DNA of 24,524 bases, from the NCBI GenBank assembly GCA_052168235.1, contig JBQLZK010000080.1, forward strand, positions 1 through 24,524. Reading direction: 5' to 3'. Below the pieces are notes generated by a model. It ran no database searches and was not told the DNA's origin. It was given only the letters and a program-made list of their open reading frames with translations. Made by a program: the position numbers and the translations under genes. Shown here one piece after another: positions 19,184 through 24,524 of the stretch (positions are counted from its first letter, which is position 1; the number at the start of each line of letters is the position of its first letter). This DNA comes from Thainema sp. (GTDB lineage: Bacteria > Cyanobacteriota > Cyanobacteriia > Phormidesmidales > Phormidesmidaceae).

Positions 19184-21463
19184 ATGCAGATCGACTGGCG
19201 GCACCTGATTTGGCGATGGCGCGGAGCCTTGATTGCAGCACCCAGCATGGCTGGGCTAGTTATCCTGCTGCGCCTCATGGGCCTACTGCAACCCTGGGAA
19301 TGGAGTGCCTACGACTGGATGTTGCGATCGCGCCCATCAGAATCAATCCGCGATCGCATTGTCATTGTCGGAATTAACGAAGCAGATATTCAGGCATTCG
19401 GGCAAGCCAGCCTGCCGGATGCAGTCTATGCCGAAGCACTAGACATCCTGATAGCTCAACAGCCCCGCGCCATTGGGCTCGATATTTATCGAGATGTGCC
19501 CGTAGAACCGGGTCATACAGAACTCGTCCAGATCTTTGAGTCTACGCCCAATCTGATTGGCATTCAGAAAGTGGTCGGAGATGCCGAGCAGGATGTGGTT
19601 GCACCACCGCCTGCGCTGCAAGCTAAGGGCCAGGTGGGTGCAAACGACATTATTCTGGACGCCGACGGTCGAGTGCGACGCGGCTTCATTTCGGTCACGG
19701 GCGCAGCAGGAAACGAGGTATTTAGCCTCGGTGCCTATCTGGCGCTGCTGTACTTGAATGCAGAAGGGATTGGGTTTGACATAGTTGATGAGCAGTCTTG
19801 GTGGCTGGGGGACAGCTTATTCACACCGCTAGAAGCCAATGACGGCAGCTACGTCCGTACCGATGCCGGAGGCTATCAGATTGTGCTCAACTACCATCAT
19901 CCAGATCATTCCACCAGATCATCCGACACAATATTTGACACGGTTTCCTTAACCGCCGTGCTCAACCAGCAAATTCCTCCAGACTGGGGCCGCGATCGCA
20001 TTATTCTCATCGGCAATCTTAGTGAAAGCTCCAAAGATGCCTTTTTTACGCCCTACAGCGGCGGAGTATTGGGTTCACCCCGACCGATGATGGGAGTAGA
20101 AATTCATGCCCATCTCACCAGCCAAATCCTGAGCGCTGCGCTGGATGGCCGCTCCCTCATCCAAGTGTGGCCAGATAGCGTGGAAAACTTGTGGATTGTG
20201 ATCTGGTCAAGCGTTGGTGCACTGCTAGCGTGGCGATTCCGCTTACCCACTCAGCATCGGTTACGAGTAGCCGAGCGGATAGGAACTTTGGCGATCGCAA
20301 TTCTCAGTCTGATCACCATCGGCTACGGCGCACTGGTTGCAGGCTGGTGGATTCCCGTCGTACCGCCGCTGTTAGGCTTGGTCGGATCTGCGATCGCAGT
20401 TATGGGTTACGTGGCCTATACGGCTAGCGATATTCGCCGCACGTTTGGTCGCTATCTCAGTGATGACGTGGTGGCGACGCTGCTGGAGCAGCCCGGTGGG
20501 CTGCAACTAGGCGGCGAACGACGCACCATCACAATTTTGACCTCCGACCTGCGCGGTTTTACCACCGTCTCGGCTCAGCTCTCGCCGGAAATGGTGATCC
20601 GAGTGCTCAACTTTTATCTGGGCCGGATGGCCGATGTGATTACGGCCTACGGCGGCACAATTGACGAGTTTATGGGCGATGGCATTCTGGTGCTGTTTGG
20701 TGCGCCAACGCAGCATGAGGACGACGTGGAGCGGGCGGTGGCCTGTGCGATCGCAATGCAGCAGGCCATTCCCCAAGTTAATCAACAGATTACTGACTGG
20801 CAACTTTCACCTTTGGCAATGGGAATTGCGGTGCATCTGGGTGAGGTGGTGGTGGGCAATATCGGTTCTGAGAAGCGCGCAAAGTATGGTGTGGTAGGCA
20901 GCGCGGTGAATCTCACCTATCGGATTGAGTCCTACACCACGGGAGGACAAGTACTGGTGTCGGATGCGGTGCTGGCAGCGGTGCCTGATCTGCTCCAGAT
21001 TGACAAGTCGTTTGAGATTCAGCCCAAGGGAGTGGCGGAACCGATTCAGATTCATAGCGTTCGGGGGGTGGCCGGAACGCATCAGCTCTATTTACCGACG
21101 ACCGAGGAAACCTGGCAAGATTTGACAGAACCCGTGGCGGTTCAATATGCCGTTTTGGTCGGCAAGCAGGTGCAGCCGCATCAGTTTACGGGACAAATTC
21201 TGCGCCTTTCCCAACAGGGGGCTTTGATTCAAGGTAATCCCACAATTCGGCGCTCGGCGTTAGATCCAAGCGGTATGGCAATTGCGATGCGTCCCTATCT
21301 CAATCTCAAAATCAGCTTTGTCTCAACTCATCCGCTGCTGCAAAATTTGGAAATCTATGCCAAAGTCCGCGATAAAAAGGCGAAAGCGGGCCAGTTTTTT
21401 GTCGAATTTACCAGTCCGTCTACGGCGTTGGCTCAATATGTAACATTGCGATCGCAGAAGTAG
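19184..21463 (+). CDS. CHASE2-domain class III nucleotidyl cyclase (Cya2-like, probable guanylyl cyclase) with PilZ-like C-terminus
   Basis: CHASE2 (DRIVIVGINEADI, IGLDIYRD, MMGVEIHA), three TM helices, cyclase motifs SDLRGFT, IDEFMGDG, GNIGS and YGVVGSAVNLTYRIE. Confidence 0.9.
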   Translation: MQIDWRHLIWRWRGALIAAPSMAGLVILLRLMGLLQPWEWSAYDWMLRSRPSESIRDRIVIVGINEADIQAFGQASLPDAVYAEALDILIAQQPRAIGLDIYRDVPVEPGHTELVQIFESTPNLIGIQKVVGDAEQDVVAPPPALQAKGQVGANDIILDADGRVRRGFISVTGAAGNEVFSLGAYLALLYLNAEGIGFDIVDEQSWWLGDSLFTPLEANDGSYVRTDAGGYQIVLNYHHPDHSTRSSDTIFDTVSLTAVLNQQIPPDWGRDRIILIGNLSESSKDAFFTPYSGGVLGSPRPMMGVEIHAHLTSQILSAALDGRSLIQVWPDSVENLWIVIWSSVGALLAWRFRLPTQHRLRVAERIGTLAIAILSLITIGYGALVAGWWIPVVPPLLGLVGSAIAVMGYVAYTASDIRRTFGRYLSDDVVATLLEQPGGLQLGGERRTITILTSDLRGFTTVSAQLSPEMVIRVLNFYLGRMADVITAYGGTIDEFMGDGILVLFGAPTQHEDDVERAVACAIAMQQAIPQVNQQITDWQLSPLAMGIAVHLGEVVVGNIGSEKRAKYGVVGSAVNLTYRIESYTTGGQVLVSDAVLAAVPDLLQIDKSFEIQPKGVAEPIQIHSVRGVAGTHQLYLPTTEETWQDLTEPVAVQYAVLVGKQVQPHQFTGQILRLSQQGALIQGNPTIRRSALDPSGMAIAMRPYLNLKISFVSTHPLLQNLEIYAKVRDKKAKAGQFFVEFTSPSTALAQYVTLRSQK

Positions 21464-21553
21464 TTGAAGTCACGCTTGATGGAAATGGTGCGTTCTAATC
21501 AACTGCGCTACAAACAGCAAAGGTTGTATTAAGGAAAGCATCCTACAAGAACT

Positions 21554-21561
21554 GCGATCGC
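21554..21561. repeat. HIP1 octamer GCGATCGC, last copy in the window, abutting the terminal attC
   Basis: Read directly. Other copies include 660, 4370, 10541, 14001, 18021 and 21448; none was found in 21562-24524. Confidence 0.9.
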
Positions 21562-21646
21562 ACTAACGGTTCGGGTGAGCGGTTGCCAGAACCTTTGCAA
21601 CTCAGCAAGTGGCTTAGGTAAATCTGCTGCACCCGAATTGTTAGAT
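21561..21646 (-). other. attC recombination site (closes the orphan-gene cassette)
   Basis: Minus strand ATCTAAC-AATTCGGGTG(C)AGCAG...CCGCTCACCCGAACC-GTTAGTG with one extrahelical base (G on the + / bottom strand); starts 18 bp after the stop at 21665. Confidence 0.88.
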
Positions 21647-21664
21647 TGCTGGAAAGTGCCTTGA

Positions 21665-22288
21665 TTAAGGGCAACCCCATGATGTCACAGCCAACAAACT
21701 TGCGCCTTCGCTTTTTACCTTTTCTAAAGCTCTTGGAATAGCATAAAGAGCATCTGAAACATCCTTTGCTGCGTGATCATCAAATCCCGCATAATCTAAC
21801 ACCAGCTTTGATCGCTCAAAATAAGCCTCCCAGTCAACATCAAGAATACGTGAGACAGATGCTAGCGTTGTCTCAACTTCACTTGCATGAATTAGCATAT
21901 TGCCGAGATGACCTGGAAGCTGAGCAAACCTTTCACTACCAATTCCCATTAGCAGAATAGCGGGCGGAGCTACGCGAGATTGCATGACCATCTCAACAAT
22001 ACTTTCAGGAGATAAAGGGAACTCCTCCTGCAAGATTCGACAACCTATCTCGTTGAAAGGTTCGTGATAGAGACTGGAACTCAAGTCTCCTCCTGCCAAT
22101 ACACCTTCTAGCACTGAGTAAGCATAATCCTCAGTTACAGGAATGGGTGGGTTCTTGGGTCGAGGTGCAAGGTTTGGCACTTCAGGAAGATCAGGTACTC
22201 CTTGCATTGCTTGCTCGAATTCTGACTGCACGACTGAAAATTCAGATTCCTCAACCTTACAAAACCACCAGAAAACATCAACGCCCAT
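21665..22288 (-). CDS. Hypothetical protein, integron cassette gene (207 aa, acidic)
   Basis: ORF fills the cassette between two attC sites. ATG 22288 (MGVDVFWW...) is preceded by AAGGGA. No recognisable family. Confidence 0.75.
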   Translation of the reverse strand: MGVDVFWWFCKVEESEFSVVQSEFEQAMQGVPDLPEVPNLAPRPKNPPIPVTEDYAYSVLEGVLAGGDLSSSLYHEPFNEIGCRILQEEFPLSPESIVEMVMQSRVAPPAILLMGIGSERFAQLPGHLGNMLIHASEVETTLASVSRILDVDWEAYFERSKLVLDYAGFDDHAAKDVSDALYAIPRALEKVKSEGASLLAVTSWGCP

Positions 22289-22406
22289 ATTTTCCCTTGA
22301 GTAGCAGAACTTTGAATTATGCTTCCCAATCTGCCTCAGCAATTAACTTTACTTTGAGAGCCAGGACAGACAGCTTTGAAGTATGTCTTTACCCAAAAAT
22401 TAAGCG

Positions 22407-22493
22407 ATCTAACGGTTTGGTTGAGCGGCTGTTCGTAACCTTTGCATCCTTGCCAGCAACGTTTGGTAGTCCGCTCCAACCGAATTGTTAGAC
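22407..22493 (-). other. attC recombination site (closes the TIR/nuclease cassette)
   Basis: Minus strand GTCTAAC-AATTCGGTTG(G)AGCGG...CCGCTCAACCAAACC-GTTAGAT; starts 8 bp after the stop at 22502. Confidence 0.9.
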
Positions 22494-22501
22494 ACGTTTG
22501 T

Positions 22502-23041
22502 CTATTCATGCTGCAAGTAGAATCTTTCAACGAGATCGACTATTAAATCACATGGATCTTCACCCCGTTCTTTGATAAAAAGCATTTCCTTGAGATGTTC
22601 TTTAGTCATAAAAAGAATTACCTTCCCATGTCGACTATATATAGTGTTTCGTTGTATATGAGCACCATTGTCGGGAAGCTTGCTACATATCATAATTGCA
22701 AGCCTACCCATAGGTTCAGTCAGGTAATTATCAGTTTGGATTACCTCTTCATGTCCGATATCTGTTGTTCCATAGTTTTTGAACTCAAAAAGTACCATCC
22801 TTGCTTCTAATTCCCGAAGCAGCAACCCCCAACCATGCTTCTCATCAAAGTTGCGATTAGGAAATACAGCGTCTCGGCGATTTGTACCAGAGTATGTTCG
22901 AGGCTGAGTGATTGGTTTAACCAATGGTGGAACAAATAAGAATTCAAGAACTTCTGTGCATAAGTCCTCAAATTCTCGCCAACCTCTTTCTCCGGCAGGG
23001 CAGTTATCAAGCCGATTGACCAAATCAGTAATTCGGCTCAT
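22502..23041 (-). CDS. PD-(D/E)xK restriction-endonuclease-like protein, coupled to the upstream TIR gene
   Basis: EFEDLC...RRDAVFPN...LFEFKNY motif order (E, D, ExK); ATGA overlap with 23038..23910. Confidence 0.72.
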   Translation of the reverse strand: MSRITDLVNRLDNCPAGERGWREFEDLCTEVLEFLFVPPLVKPITQPRTYSGTNRRDAVFPNRNFDEKHGWGLLLRELEARMVLFEFKNYGTTDIGHEEVIQTDNYLTEPMGRLAIMICSKLPDNGAHIQRNTIYSRHGKVILFMTKEHLKEMLFIKERGEDPCDLIVDLVERFYLQHE

Positions 23042-23910
23042 GAGGCGTTGCTCAAGCTGGGAGGAAAGTATTTGGAGACCAAATCAGTATTTTGTAGGAG
23101 AAGTCTTTTCAACTCCGTCCCATCAATGACACGGATTGAAATACCAAGGTTTTGGGGGGCATTATTTACCCAATCAAGAGCAGCAGATGTAAGGTTCCCA
23201 TTTGTAACAAGAAGCGCTTTATTGATTTTGGGATCGCTTTTAGCAATTCCAACTAGCTGTCTAAGTGCTGGTAAATCTGCGCGAGAATGACGATAAAGCT
23301 TAGTTTCGACAGCGTAAACATCACGAGTTTCAGCACCAAATGGGTCTTTTTGGCGAAACTCAACAACAGCATCAAACCCCCTGTCTCTTTGTTGCATCTC
23401 CAGATGCAAATTAACAAAACCAAGTTTTTGGAGAAGATCTACGACTAGTTGCTCAAAAATTTGTGGAGATAATTTTTCAAAATCAATTTTGGGAGTGGCC
23501 TTTAAAGCTTCAGCAAGTTCCTCTAAATTCTCTTTAACTCCGCTTCTCATATCAAAAAATTGATACATAGCAAGAGAGGGCGGAATATCACAGTCCTCTA
23601 AAAGCACAGGTATGAAGGTAACGTCTCGACTTTGTAACTCCTTTAATGCAGCATCAACTTCATAATTCATCCAAGAAGAACGTACCAAATTTTTAGACAG
23701 TAGAAGTAGAAAATAAGCACTGGCTGAAATGGCAGTGCGAATAGATTCAGCCCAATGATTTCCTGGACGAAGTTCATCAGTATCTAGCCACACTTTGAGA
23801 TCCAGCGAACACAACCCTTCCACAATCGATTTTGCAGTCGCACTGTCTGCGCTTGCATAGGTTACAAAAACTTGTGGTCTTTGTTGTGAGTTGCGTTCAA
23901 GAGTGTTCAT
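23038..23910 (-). CDS. TIR domain-Mrr-like restriction endonuclease fusion
   Basis: TIR: VFVTYASAD, VWLD...LRPG..W...I..AI, SSWMNYE (catalytic Glu position), FIPVLLEDC. Mrr_cat: FEQLVVDLL..LGF, DRGFD, VETKLY, LLVTN, VIDGTELKRLL. Confidence 0.88.
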   Translation of the reverse strand: MNTLERNSQQRPQVFVTYASADSATAKSIVEGLCSLDLKVWLDTDELRPGNHWAESIRTAISASAYFLLLLSKNLVRSSWMNYEVDAALKELQSRDVTFIPVLLEDCDIPPSLAMYQFFDMRSGVKENLEELAEALKATPKIDFEKLSPQIFEQLVVDLLQKLGFVNLHLEMQQRDRGFDAVVEFRQKDPFGAETRDVYAVETKLYRHSRADLPALRQLVGIAKSDPKINKALLVTNGNLTSAALDWVNNAPQNLGISIRVIDGTELKRLLLQNTDLVSKYFPPSLSNAS

Positions 23911-24055
23911 AATCCAATCCCTATGGGAAAGAGGAGCATTCAGGTAGGTATGCGCAGGACTAGCTTCACCTAAAATCTTAACTCATCGTAATAACAGCAC
24001 TTGCAATTCCCCAATTAAGGCTAAAACGTAATTCTTCTAACCTTGGGGCTGAGGT

Positions 24056-24141
24056 GTCTAACAATGAAGTTGAGCCGCGAACGACGCTTAGTCAGCGTCG
24101 TCGGGCTAACGGCGTTCGTCGGCTCCAACGAGTAGTTAAGT
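24056..24141 (-). other. attC recombination site (closes the ORF-less first cassette)
   Basis: Minus strand ACTTAAC-TACTC-GTTG(G)AGCCG(A)CGAACG...CGTTCGCGGCTCAAC-TTCATT-GTTAGAC, with two extrahelical bases and an inner hairpin ACGACGCT/AGCGTCGT. Confidence 0.88.
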
Positions 24142-24230
24142 CGTGGCGGAGATCGCTCTTTTAGGATTCCCAAGCACTAACAGACAACTGCTATATTTGC
24201 CTTATAAAATAACCTTTGAATCCGCTATCG

Positions 24231-24249
24231 ATTTAACTATTTATTAGAG
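24231..24249 (-). other. Putative attI simple site
   Basis: Minus strand CTCTAAT-AAATA-GTTAAAT: inverse box, 5-bp A-rich spacer, GTTRRRY, the same layout as attI1 (CCCTAAA-ACAAA-GTTRRRY). Confidence 0.55.
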
Positions 24250-24255
24250 TGAAAC

Positions 24256-24394
24256 TTTCTGCCTAATACCCCTATTCGGATGATTAGGCAGAAATACGTC
24301 AGCCTAACACGCCTATTTGGGTCATTAGGTAGAAATACGTCAGCCTAACACCCTGATTTGGGTGATTAGGCAGAAAAATTCAGTATAATCACCC
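24256..24394. repeat. Three ~41-bp tandem repeats of inverted GCCTAAY/ATTAGGY boxes
   Basis: Units at 24261-24301, 24302-24342 and 24343-24382, plus a partial fourth (GTATAATCACCC). Confidence 0.85.
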
Positions 24395-24524
24395 CTACAA
24401 CTCCAGGCTCACGCTGTTTAGAGAGTATTTATTATCCTTCAATATATATTCACTCCATGCAGCCGTCTCAGGGCACTGGTCGTCTAGAGGGTGATTGCTA
24501 AAATGGATGTGATGCATTGGTTTT

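Larger units (their letters stand above)
21561..24249 (-). mobile_element. Integron cassette array (attI-like site plus three cassettes; integrase not in window)
   Basis: Three attC hairpins of 86-87 bp, complementary core/inverse-core pairs across each cassette, all cassette genes on the minus strand, lower GC, no HIP1. Confidence 0.88.

Noticed and set aside
22147..22530. ORFs 22147-22491 (+) and 22336-22530 (-)
   Set aside because: They run across an attC site and overlap real cassette genes; shadow ORFs.
22502..23910. Thoeris, CBASS or a classical restriction-modification system
   Set aside because: No ThsA, CD-NTase or methyltransferase lies in the cassette or the window.
24256..24394. 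CRISPR array
   Set aside because: The units are contiguous and their variable parts are similar to each other; there are no unique ~30-40 bp spacers and no cas genes in the window.
24458..24524. Start of an integrase gene
   Set aside because: ATG 24458 closes after 14 codons and ATG 24503 runs off the window after about 7 codons; too little sequence to call.

Overview
Cyanobacterial chromosomal window: HIP1 GCGATCGC occurs roughly 25-27 times by eye in 1-21561 and not at all after that. The first ~21.5 kb looks like ordinary host genome. It holds a CYP120-type P450, leuS, a small membrane hypothetical, a CHASE2-GGDEF-EAL protein, an orphan glycine-betaine-type ABC substrate-binding lipoprotein, a GT2 glycosyltransferase, a 1513-aa protein with CBM-like, cadherin-like Ig, SGNH and RTX-like modules, a long RluA-type pseudouridine synthase, two small conserved hypotheticals and a CHASE2 class III cyclase with guanylyl-type specificity residues. 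The last 3 kb (21561-24394) is AT-richer and reads on the minus strand as an integron cassette array: an attI-like simple site (24231-24249) preceded by 41-bp repeats of core-like boxes, then three cassettes each closed by an 86-87 bp attC hairpin. The cassettes are a 175-bp ORF-less one, a translationally coupled pair (TIR-Mrr nuclease plus a second PD-(D/E)xK protein) that is a candidate anti-phage system, and an orphan gene. The array ends directly at a HIP1 site. No integrase is visible in the window; it may lie past the right edge. All family assignments come from motif reading only; no searches were run.
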